From Thermodesulfovibrio sp. (GTDB lineage: Bacteria; Nitrospirota; Thermodesulfovibrionia; Thermodesulfovibrionales; UBA6898), in the NCBI GenBank assembly GCA_013824615.1, contig PNOC01000003.1:21103-85102 (forward strand): 64,000 bases of DNA, given 5' to 3'. Each line of letters starts with the position of its first letter. The first letter of the stretch is position 1. Of this stretch, positions 46,593 to 55,403 are shown piece after piece. The position numbers were made by a program, and so were the translations under genes. Below the pieces are notes generated by a model. That model made no database searches and had not been told where the DNA came from. It saw only the letters and a list, made by a program, of their open reading frames with translations.

Positions 46593-49500
46593 ATGACCTT
46601 TCTGAGCATGACCGCCATGGTAATCCTTGCCGTTATATCATTGATGGCGCTGCCGCAAGCGGCAGATGCCGATATTGCTGTTAACGTTGAGGGCTGTAAT
46701 GCCTCGAACACCTGCACCGCGGCAGGTATTACCTACCGCTGGCTGCTTGAAGTTGACAACACAAACCAGAAGACACCGGGCATCCGGGTCCCTGACAGCA
46801 TAAGTCTTGATATCCACAACAGCCATGCCCCGGTGGTCTGCGCCGGCACGGCGGCAACGATCAATGCGGCAAATTGTCCTGCATACGATCCTGCGAAGCC
46901 GTATTATATTTCGATACTGCCGAATTCAGGCTACAGCATCGGCGGCAGCCAGATCGCTGTTGGCCAGTCCAGTGTGACGGTCCAGGTGCATCAGCATCCC
47001 CTGCCGACTGCCCAGATATCAGTGCTGGTCTTTAAAGACCACAGCCCTATCAATAATATCCCTGATGCTGGCGAACTGGGGATAGGCGGTTCCGAGGTCC
47101 TGCTCTTTGACATCTTCGGTCAGATGTCTGTAGATGCCTTCGGCAATCCCCTGGGAACTCGCTATACAAATAATGACCCGAACCAGCCGGTGGCCGGTTC
47201 GGCCGGGCTGAGGACCTGCACCCAGCTTGAGGTGGACGCCTATGCTGCCGCGGTCGCCAATCCTCTGGCAAACCTGACTGAAATCAAAAAATGTACGGTG
47301 GTGGGGGAGCTTTTCATTAAGAATCTTGTCCCGGGCAAATATGGCGTGCGCACCGTGCCTTATTGCGGCACAACAGTCTGCAATGCCGCAGATTATATCC
47401 AGACCTCTACAATCGAGGGGACTCCGGGTGTTGATGCCTGGGTCAGGGCAAACGAACCGCCTAAATTCATCGAGGGTTTTGGAACCGGGTTCTATCATGT
47501 ATTTATCGGGTTTGTATTTCCTGCAGAACTGACGTGGGGTACAACACCTCCCGGAGGTTTTAATGTAACCGGGGAGAACCGCTTCAATCATTTCGGCCGT
47601 CCGCCGTTTAACCAGGGCTTTTTTGCCGGCGGACCCGTGCCTCAGTGCTGGGTTGGCCTCAATGACCTTGCAGCACCGACAGGAAAAGGCCTCATGGCTG
47701 TTCCGTGCGGTGAAGAGGGGCAGTTTGTCCTTAATGGCGTGCCCAGCGGCACCTACCAGCTGGTCACCTGGGACAGGCCGCTCGACGCCCTCTTTGGTTT
47801 CAATACAATAACGGTGAACGGGGCTGACCTTAATCTCGGCAACGTACTGTCATTCCGCTGGTTCGGTACCCTGCAGGGTTCTATCTTCTGGGATGCTAAC
47901 GAGAACGGATTCAGGGACGCCGGAGAGACCGGACTTGTCAACAGGGCCGTCAATATCCGGTTCAGGGACGGTTCGATGTATCAGACTACGGTTACCGATC
48001 TTGATGGGTTTTACAGTTTTGCCGAGGTCTTTCCGTTCTTCAAATGGCTGGTGGCTGAGGTCGATTATGCCGCCAACAAGCCGACCGGCATGACCGCGGT
48101 CTCTGACGATGGCGGCGCAGTTCTGCCTCATCAGCAGCAGAGTCCTCCGTTTCCCGCAGATGAGCCACGGTTTATTTCTACCTACCCGTCGTTTAATGTC
48201 CTGACGCCTCAGCCGCAGCATGATCCGGCGACCTGGCTCTTCGGAATGCCGCGTCCGACGACGCCGGTGAATAACCCCAACACCGGGAATAATTTTTCAA
48301 GGACCGAGACCGGCCCGGTTCTGACAGAGGGGCTGATGCTCTTCCTGAACCAGACAAACGTTATAGACTGGGGTAAATACGCCTTTTCAGGAACTGAGAA
48401 CGGTGGCATTACCGGTGTTGTCTTTTATGGCACGACACGTGCAGAAAATAACCCCCGCGATACGGTCGGCGAGACCTGGGAACCGGGAATTCCCCGGGTC
48501 CAGATCGTCCTGTACCAGGATGCCAATGACGACAGCGTCATTGACGATATTAATGGAGTCCCTGGCATACAGCTCGCGGACATCGACAATGATCCGTTTG
48601 GCTGGGCTGACGGCACCGCCCCCAAGGGGAGCGAAGACGTGGTCCGTTGCGGTGATGGTGTAACGTACTGTAGCGGTGATGCCTTCAGAGTCGCCTGGAC
48701 TGACAGCTGGGATGACAACAAACCGGGCGGCTGTATCCAGCCCTTGCCGAACATCTCCGGCGTGCAGCCCTGTTACGATAACTACAGCACCTGGAACCAG
48801 GTGAGGCCTGCCCTGTTTGACGGCGGTTATGCCTTTGGTTTTGCCGCAGGGGATGTCATTCCTTCGAACATGACCTATATTGTTGAGTCCGTGCCCCCTC
48901 CAGGTTACGAGATCCAGAAGGAAGAGGACAAGAATGTGGACTTTGGAGACGAATACGCCCCAAGCCCGCTGCTGCTGCCTCCTCCCTGCGTCGGCACTGC
49001 TGCGAACGGACTGCCTGTACACATAGTACCTGCAGAACTTACACTCTTCCCGGGGGTCCCGGCGCCGTCTGCAGGACAGACAACGCCGCTCTGCTCCATG
49101 AAGAAGGTTTTTGTGGCCCAGGCCCAGAACGCGGCCTCAGACTTCTCGATGTTTACGTTTGTTCCCAAGGCTGCCCGTGCGGTTGGTTTTGTGAATAACG
49201 ACCTCTCTGCCGAGTTCAAGGCAGACAGTCCGATATTTGGCGAGAAGGCATCTCCTGCATGGCTGCCGGTTTCGTTCCAGGACTGGCAGGGCAGGGAAGT
49301 ATATCATGCGTACACGGATGAATTTGGTTCGTACAACGCCCTGCTTCCTTCGACCTTTACGATTAATCCGCCTATGCCGACCGGCGTCTCGCCGAATATG
49401 CTGACGGCTGTTCTGAACTATCCGTTCTGCGATCCGAATTCGACGAGCCCATACTGCGACCGTGTCGGGACGTCCAACGTCGGCATCGACAGAAACTATA

Positions 49501-52493
49501 ACCCGAACTTCAGCGTTACGCCGTGGACCCTTGACTACTGGCCGGGCAAGACAACCTATCTCGATACTCCGATCGTTCCGATCGCCTCTTTTGCCGGGTT
49601 CCCGATCAATGGTCCGGATGTCGAGCCTCCGGATGGAACCCCGGTCATCTCCTCGGTCATTAATTCGTCTCTGGCAGGGGGTGGCCCGGTGATCTGCAAT
49701 AACGGCGAAACCGTAGTCATAACCTCCATGGGAAATACGATAGTCCCGAACCCTGATTTTGATCCTGCCATCCCCGGGAGTCCGAAGGAGATAACCCGTG
49801 ACTATGGATTCGGCTCACTCCAGGGCACGGTGACGGTAAATGGTTCATCGGTCAACCCTATGGTGATCAGCTGGACAAACAGCACCATAACGCTTACCTT
49901 TGCAGACAAGACAGCCGTATCCACCGGGCAGTTGCTGGTCACCCGCGGCGACAACCGCAGGACTTCAGAGATGGGTATTACACTCCACAGACCTGTCCCT
50001 GACTGCTCCGGGGTTGCGTATGTGCCCGGAGACTTTGGCACTATCCAGGCCGCTATAGACGCTGCAGCGGCTGACGGCCTGATTATTGTCAGGCCTGGCG
50101 TATATCTCGAAAATATTTTCCTTTACAATAAAGTGACCCTGCAGGGGACAGGGGCCGGTTCGACCATCATCTACGCCAATCCCGTAGGATCTGCCGGTCT
50201 GCCCAACTGGCATGCCAAGGCGGTCGATCTCCTCTGCACTGACCCGTTTGTGGCGAATGAGGCCCCGGGGATCATGGTCCTCGGCAATGTAAATGCAAAA
50301 GTCGGCGCGGCCTGCACTGGTGCGACCTTTGAGGATCCGCTCCGCATTGACGGCTTCAAGATCTTCGGCTCAATTTCCGGGGGCGGCATCTATGTCAACA
50401 CCGATGTTGCCGGACTGAAGATCACGAACAACAGGATAAATGGAAACCAGGGGCAGCTTGGCGGCGGTATCGCTGCCGGCGTGCCGACGGCAGGTCCTGT
50501 CAACAATAACCCTGATCTTCTGATCGAGTATAACCAGATCGTGAAGAACGGCGGTGTTCAGGGCGGCGGCGGTATCACCCTCTATGATGGTGCGACCAAT
50601 TATATCATCAGGAATAATATGATTGCCGGAAATTTCTCGCGGTTCTATGGCGGAGGTATCGCGCACTGGGGCCTGAGCGACAACGGCCTGATCGAGAAGA
50701 ACCGGATACTCTTCAATGAAGTGGCCTTTGGTTTTAATGCCTTTGGCGACGGCGGCGGCATATTTGTCGGCAGCCAGACCCCTGCGCTCCTTGCAGCACT
50801 CGGCGAGGGGACAGGAACGGTCACGATTAACTCCAACCTTATCCAGGGCAACCTGGCAGGGGCGGGCGTTGGTGGAGGTATCCGGGCTCTTTATGTGAAC
50901 GGTGTCGAGACGGGCATCGATCCTGATCCGGCCACCTGGTTCAAGTTGAACATCTTCAATAATATCGTCGTGAACAACGTTGCCGGGTACTATGGCGGCG
51001 GTATAGCATTGCAGGATGTTGCTGCCGGTTCGATTATTAACAATACGGTTGCAAACAACATCAGTACGGCGACGGCAGCCAATGCCTTCCAGGCAGGGAA
51101 TGTTGACTCAACACCTCAGCCTGCAGGCATAGTCTCAAATGTCCATAGCGCGGCTCTGGCCTTGAATGTAACACCCCAGACCTTTTCTGATCCTGCGCTG
51201 GTCAACAATATCATCTGGAACAACAGGTCTTATTACACAACGAACGGCGGAGAGGGCGGCCTTATCCTGAACGCTGCTCAGCCTGTTTGGGACCTGAGTG
51301 TTATCGGGACTCCGGTGCCGGAAATACTGAACCCGATGTATTCTCTGCTGACGGATCCGACCGGCTATGATGTTTCTAACATCACCGGTAACCCTGATTT
51401 TGTAGCCGGGTATGAAAATACCCTCTTCTCTGCAGCGGTCATTGACGAAGGCGGAAACTTCATTACGATCAGGTTCATGCCGCTTTCACAGTCAGCAGGA
51501 GACTACCATATCAGACCCCTGTCTCCGGCAGTAGACCAGGGCACTGCAGGCTCACCGTTCAGTCTTTTCCCCGCGTATCTGGGGCTTGACTATGACGGAA
51601 ACGGCAGGCCTCAGGGACCGACTCTTATCGTTGATATCGGGGCTGACGAGTATTCAGTTACGAACCTGTTCCTGCTCTCGGCAAGGATAGGCACGTACAG
51701 CAGCGTCAATAATCAGTGGTATTTTGACAGTAATTTTAACGGAATCCTGGATGGGTGCACTATTGATACCTGTATCAATTTCGGCAGTCTGCCTCAGGAC
51801 ATTCCACTTGTCGGCGACTGGAACAACGGCGGCATCACGAAGATCGGTATTTACCGTGTGGTGAACGGCCGGGGCCTCTGGTATCTCGATGGCGGTACGT
51901 ATAACTTCAACACAGCAACGCAGGCCGGGCCTTTCGGTGGCTGGGCGACTGATGTCCCGGTCGTCGGCGACTGGAATAACGATGGCAGAACGAAGATCGG
52001 CATCTACCGCGTGGTGAAGTCGAACAGCTTCTGGTATCTCGACAACAACGGCAACGGTATCTTTGACGGCTGCGGTCTGGGCCAGGACCTCTGCTATGGT
52101 CCGTTTAGTTACCTGCCTGGCGACATGCCGGTGGTGGGCGACTGGAACGGTGACGGAACATCGAAAATCGGCGTATACCGGTTTGAAATCCGTTCTCTTC
52201 CTGAGGTCACGGGAGGCTACTGGTACCTGGGTACTGCTGCAGGCACTATCGACATGACACCTGCATCGGCTCTGGGCCCGTTTGGCAATGCCGGTGATGT
52301 CCCTGTAACCGGTGACTGGAACGGGAGCGGAACCGATAAGATCGGTGTCTATAGACTGATCAGCAATCAGGCGGACTGGTTCCTGGACAATGGTGACGGC
52401 CAGTTTACAGGCTGCTCCGGATTCCCGGGGAATGACCTTTGTCTCGGACCGTTTGACGGGGCGAACCAGGCCAGGCCTGTGGTCGGAAAGTGA
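46593..52493 (+). CDS. Giant secreted surface protein: SdrD-B/CarboxypepD_reg-like Ig folds, right-handed beta-helix (PbH1) repeats and a C-terminal FG-GAP-like propeller
   Basis: Signal peptide MTFLSMTAMVILAVISLMALPQAADA. GSIFWDANENGFRDAGETGL...DLDGFYSF is SdrD-B-like. There are many NN.I.GN....GGGI beta-helix repeats. Five C-terminal repeats fit P(V/L)VGDWNGDG..KIG(I/V)YR....WYLD. The start could be as early as 46542. Confidence 0.85.
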   Translation: MTFLSMTAMVILAVISLMALPQAADADIAVNVEGCNASNTCTAAGITYRWLLEVDNTNQKTPGIRVPDSISLDIHNSHAPVVCAGTAATINAANCPAYDPAKPYYISILPNSGYSIGGSQIAVGQSSVTVQVHQHPLPTAQISVLVFKDHSPINNIPDAGELGIGGSEVLLFDIFGQMSVDAFGNPLGTRYTNNDPNQPVAGSAGLRTCTQLEVDAYAAAVANPLANLTEIKKCTVVGELFIKNLVPGKYGVRTVPYCGTTVCNAADYIQTSTIEGTPGVDAWVRANEPPKFIEGFGTGFYHVFIGFVFPAELTWGTTPPGGFNVTGENRFNHFGRPPFNQGFFAGGPVPQCWVGLNDLAAPTGKGLMAVPCGEEGQFVLNGVPSGTYQLVTWDRPLDALFGFNTITVNGADLNLGNVLSFRWFGTLQGSIFWDANENGFRDAGETGLVNRAVNIRFRDGSMYQTTVTDLDGFYSFAEVFPFFKWLVAEVDYAANKPTGMTAVSDDGGAVLPHQQQSPPFPADEPRFISTYPSFNVLTPQPQHDPATWLFGMPRPTTPVNNPNTGNNFSRTETGPVLTEGLMLFLNQTNVIDWGKYAFSGTENGGITGVVFYGTTRAENNPRDTVGETWEPGIPRVQIVLYQDANDDSVIDDINGVPGIQLADIDNDPFGWADGTAPKGSEDVVRCGDGVTYCSGDAFRVAWTDSWDDNKPGGCIQPLPNISGVQPCYDNYSTWNQVRPALFDGGYAFGFAAGDVIPSNMTYIVESVPPPGYEIQKEEDKNVDFGDEYAPSPLLLPPPCVGTAANGLPVHIVPAELTLFPGVPAPSAGQTTPLCSMKKVFVAQAQNAASDFSMFTFVPKAARAVGFVNNDLSAEFKADSPIFGEKASPAWLPVSFQDWQGREVYHAYTDEFGSYNALLPSTFTINPPMPTGVSPNMLTAVLNYPFCDPNSTSPYCDRVGTSNVGIDRNYNPNFSVTPWTLDYWPGKTTYLDTPIVPIASFAGFPINGPDVEPPDGTPVISSVINSSLAGGGPVICNNGETVVITSMGNTIVPNPDFDPAIPGSPKEITRDYGFGSLQGTVTVNGSSVNPMVISWTNSTITLTFADKTAVSTGQLLVTRGDNRRTSEMGITLHRPVPDCSGVAYVPGDFGTIQAAIDAAAADGLIIVRPGVYLENIFLYNKVTLQGTGAGSTIIYANPVGSAGLPNWHAKAVDLLCTDPFVANEAPGIMVLGNVNAKVGAACTGATFEDPLRIDGFKIFGSISGGGIYVNTDVAGLKITNNRINGNQGQLGGGIAAGVPTAGPVNNNPDLLIEYNQIVKNGGVQGGGGITLYDGATNYIIRNNMIAGNFSRFYGGGIAHWGLSDNGLIEKNRILFNEVAFGFNAFGDGGGIFVGSQTPALLAALGEGTGTVTINSNLIQGNLAGAGVGGGIRALYVNGVETGIDPDPATWFKLNIFNNIVVNNVAGYYGGGIALQDVAAGSIINNTVANNISTATAANAFQAGNVDSTPQPAGIVSNVHSAALALNVTPQTFSDPALVNNIIWNNRSYYTTNGGEGGLILNAAQPVWDLSVIGTPVPEILNPMYSLLTDPTGYDVSNITGNPDFVAGYENTLFSAAVIDEGGNFITIRFMPLSQSAGDYHIRPLSPAVDQGTAGSPFSLFPAYLGLDYDGNGRPQGPTLIVDIGADEYSVTNLFLLSARIGTYSSVNNQWYFDSNFNGILDGCTIDTCINFGSLPQDIPLVGDWNNGGITKIGIYRVVNGRGLWYLDGGTYNFNTATQAGPFGGWATDVPVVGDWNNDGRTKIGIYRVVKSNSFWYLDNNGNGIFDGCGLGQDLCYGPFSYLPGDMPVVGDWNGDGTSKIGVYRFEIRSLPEVTGGYWYLGTAAGTIDMTPASALGPFGNAGDVPVTGDWNGSGTDKIGVYRLISNQADWFLDNGDGQFTGCSGFPGNDLCLGPFDGANQARPVVGK

Positions 52494-52504
52494 GGGATGA
52501 AAAT

Positions 52505-53797
52505 ATGAATACAATACAGAACAATATGAAGAAGAACATGAAAGATAACAGAGGCACTATACGGAAGGAACGCCTGCGGGGACTCGTTCTCTGGGGTGGT
52601 GTGATAATGGCAGTTTGGATGCTTATGGTTTCCGCTTCGGATGTCCTTGCCGACGGCGGAGTGAACTTCCAGTGTCCGGCAACCATTACCGACACTACTC
52701 TTGGCAGGACGGACGACCCTTATATCGCCTGCAAGCACCTGACTGGGGGCGACGGGTACGTGAGGATGGCTGATCAGCCACCACCTCCTGATGGGAATGC
52801 AGCAGCAACCTATATATTCGGTTTCTGCGATGCAACGGCAATTCCGGTCGAGAATGTCATGGACGACTGTCTTCTTGGAGCTCAGTTTGCGGCCCCAACC
52901 CTGCAGATCAATGAGGGGGACGAGTTCTACCTGACCCTTACGAACGTCGGCATGAATGTCAGGCCGGACCTCTTCGACCCTCATACCGTGCATTTCCATG
53001 GATTTCCGAATGCGGCGGCTGTGTTTGACGGAGAGCCTATGTCCTCCATCTCGATTAACATGGGTGCGAGCCTGACGTATTATTATAATATTGTCGAGCC
53101 GGGTACTTATCTTTACCACTGCCATGTGGAGGCGACGGAGCATATGCAGATGGGCATGCTCGGGAACCTGTATGTACACCCGGCTCAGGACGGGACACCG
53201 CTGGGCACGTGTGCCCAGGGAAATCCCTGCACCAAATTTGCTTATAACGACGGTGACGGCTTGACAGGCTATGACGTCGAGTTTCCTATCCAGATTTCAG
53301 CCTTCGACCCGCTCTTCCATCTGGCGGACGAGACGGTGCAGCCCCTGCCCTTTGCCGATATGCTGGATGTTTACCCCATGATAAATGGCAGGGGTTATCC
53401 TGATACCGTGAACGCCGGGGTGCTGACCCCGCCCGCTGAAAATGGCAATAAGAATTCACAGTCGGTTTCCTCGCTTATTTCGGCAACGGTCGGGCAGAAG
53501 ATACTGGTCAGACTTTCGAGCGTTGCAACGATCGACTTCTTTACGGTCCAGATCCTCGGCATCCCGATGAGGGTTGTCGGCAGGGACGCGCGGCTTCTGA
53601 GAGGCCCGACTGGTCAGGACCTTTCTTATGCAGCGAACTCGGTCACCCTGGGAGGTGGCGAGACGGCAGATGTGATACTGGATACGACCGGTCTTACTGC
53701 CGGTACGTATTTCCTTTATACAGCAAACCTGAATCATCTCAGTAACTTCACAGAAGATTTCGGCGGCATGATGACCGAGATCATCCTGAACAATTAA
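52505..53797 (+). CDS. Multicopper oxidase-fold protein 1 (T1 site plus half of the trinuclear-cluster ligands)
   Basis: HTVHFHG and YHCHVEATEHMQMGM lie in the N-terminal cupredoxin domain. The C-terminal half has no His motifs. The alternative GTG start at 52490 overlaps the upstream stop. Confidence 0.8.
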   Translation: MNTIQNNMKKNMKDNRGTIRKERLRGLVLWGGVIMAVWMLMVSASDVLADGGVNFQCPATITDTTLGRTDDPYIACKHLTGGDGYVRMADQPPPPDGNAAATYIFGFCDATAIPVENVMDDCLLGAQFAAPTLQINEGDEFYLTLTNVGMNVRPDLFDPHTVHFHGFPNAAAVFDGEPMSSISINMGASLTYYYNIVEPGTYLYHCHVEATEHMQMGMLGNLYVHPAQDGTPLGTCAQGNPCTKFAYNDGDGLTGYDVEFPIQISAFDPLFHLADETVQPLPFADMLDVYPMINGRGYPDTVNAGVLTPPAENGNKNSQSVSSLISATVGQKILVRLSSVATIDFFTVQILGIPMRVVGRDARLLRGPTGQDLSYAANSVTLGGGETADVILDTTGLTAGTYFLYTANLNHLSNFTEDFGGMMTEIILNN

Positions 53798-53812
53798 GCG
53801 GAGGTTGAGAAT

Positions 53813-55393
53813 ATGAATCGTAAACTCAATAACATCTTCAAATATCTGCTGGTATCCTCCGCGGTCCTGTTTTTAGTGGCTGTCTGGATTATCCCGGCCC
53901 GTGCCGCCGTCGACGGTGTCATGACGTCAAACCTCAGATATACCCTGACGGCGAAGCCGGGGTACATCAGTGTGCCTGACGGCAACTCGATCTACATGTG
54001 GGGATATGCTGTCGGCAACGGCAATATGCAGTACCCGGGGCCGACACTCATCGTCAACCAGTTCGATACGATAACGATAACTCTTAACAACGAGTTGACG
54101 GTGCCTGTCTCGATCGTATTTCCGGGTCAGACCAGTGCTGTAGCTTTAAGCGGCAGCCCCGGGCTTCTCACCAAGGAGGCTCTGCCGGGCGGTTTTGCCC
54201 AGTACCGTTTTACTGCCTCACAGCCGGGGACGTACATATATTACAGCGGGACGATGCCTGAACTTCAGACCGAGATGGGCCTGGTAGGCACGATTATCGT
54301 GCGGCCGAATTCCAACCCGCTCACCCGGGCCTATTCCAGCGCTTCGAGCAGCTTTGACCGCGAATATCTCTACCTCCTCACTGAGATGGACCCTGCTGTT
54401 CATGACTTGGTTAACAAGGGGAAAATGGACCAGGTCGACACCACGACATATCATCCGGTCTACTGGTTTGTCAACGGCCGGTCGCTTCCTGACACCCTGC
54501 TGCCGCCGCTGTATCCGACTCTCCCGAACCAGCCCTACAGTGCATCGCCGCAGATACGCGTGGGCGACAGGGTCCTCATCCGGATGGTCGGCGCAGGCAG
54601 GGACCTGCATCCGCTGCATCTCCATGGCAATCACCATCAGTTGATAGCGCGTGACGGCAGGCTTCTGAGCACAACCGGGACAACCGCAGATCTTGCCGAG
54701 ATGCTCTTTTCTACAAGCGTTGCCCCTGGTCAGACTTTTGATTCGATCTTCACCTGGACAGGAGAGAACCTGGGCTGGGATTTATACGGACATGCCTTGA
54801 CCGATCCGCTTGTCTCCGGGTTCGGTGCGGGGGATGAGGTCTTTGTCCAGACGACGCTGAATGGCGGGATTACAGGAGGCGCGACGCAACTGCAGATCAA
54901 TACACCTGCTGCAGGCAGCTGGCCGGCGACTGCCGCTTTCAGGGCGATCATATGGAGCGGCGGCGGCTTCCCTGGCAGTGCTCGCGAGGTCGTAAGGCTC
55001 AAGAGAACCTCTCCGGGCAGCAGCACCTTCAATATCCTGTCCCGCGGACGGGAAGATACTTCTGCGAGTGCCTGGCTGGATGGGGATTCAATTGTTTATA
55101 CCGATCATGGAGGGCCTATGCCGGTCCTGCTTCCGGACCAGCAGTTCCTGACGAACGGCATGTTCTGGTCGGGTTCGCCGTTCCTCGGTTCTACCGCTCC
55201 CCTGCCTCCGGGAGAGGGCGGGTTCAATCCGTACAACGGGTTCTTCTTTATGTGGCACTCGCACAGTGAAAAAGAGCTGACCTCAAATAATATATTCCCT
55301 GGTGGTATGGCCACCATGGCGGTTGTGGAGCATCCTGATCCGGCGATAGCGCCCTTCAGCGATATTCCGCATATCACCATCGTTGCCCCATAA
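53813..55393 (+). CDS. Multicopper oxidase-fold protein 2 (ligand-less N-domain; HxHxH and HSH motifs in the C-domain)
   Basis: GGAGG RBS and a signal peptide. HPLHLHGNHH ... FMWHSHSE. The N-domain reads VSIVFPG / YYSGTMPELQTEMGL where copper ligands would be expected. Confidence 0.8.
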   Translation: MNRKLNNIFKYLLVSSAVLFLVAVWIIPARAAVDGVMTSNLRYTLTAKPGYISVPDGNSIYMWGYAVGNGNMQYPGPTLIVNQFDTITITLNNELTVPVSIVFPGQTSAVALSGSPGLLTKEALPGGFAQYRFTASQPGTYIYYSGTMPELQTEMGLVGTIIVRPNSNPLTRAYSSASSSFDREYLYLLTEMDPAVHDLVNKGKMDQVDTTTYHPVYWFVNGRSLPDTLLPPLYPTLPNQPYSASPQIRVGDRVLIRMVGAGRDLHPLHLHGNHHQLIARDGRLLSTTGTTADLAEMLFSTSVAPGQTFDSIFTWTGENLGWDLYGHALTDPLVSGFGAGDEVFVQTTLNGGITGGATQLQINTPAAGSWPATAAFRAIIWSGGGFPGSAREVVRLKRTSPGSSTFNILSRGREDTSASAWLDGDSIVYTDHGGPMPVLLPDQQFLTNGMFWSGSPFLGSTAPLPPGEGGFNPYNGFFFMWHSHSEKELTSNNIFPGGMATMAVVEHPDPAIAPFSDIPHITIVAP

Positions 55394-55403
55394 AGGAGGA
55401 ACC

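Noticed and set aside
51654-53179. Minus-strand ORFs 51654-52514 (286 aa) and 52367-53179 (270 aa), and likewise 56715-57482 (255 aa)
   Set aside because: They are antisense to the repeat-rich FG-GAP and MCO coding regions. The long open frames are explained by the codon periodicity of the sense-strand repeats, and no independent signals are present.
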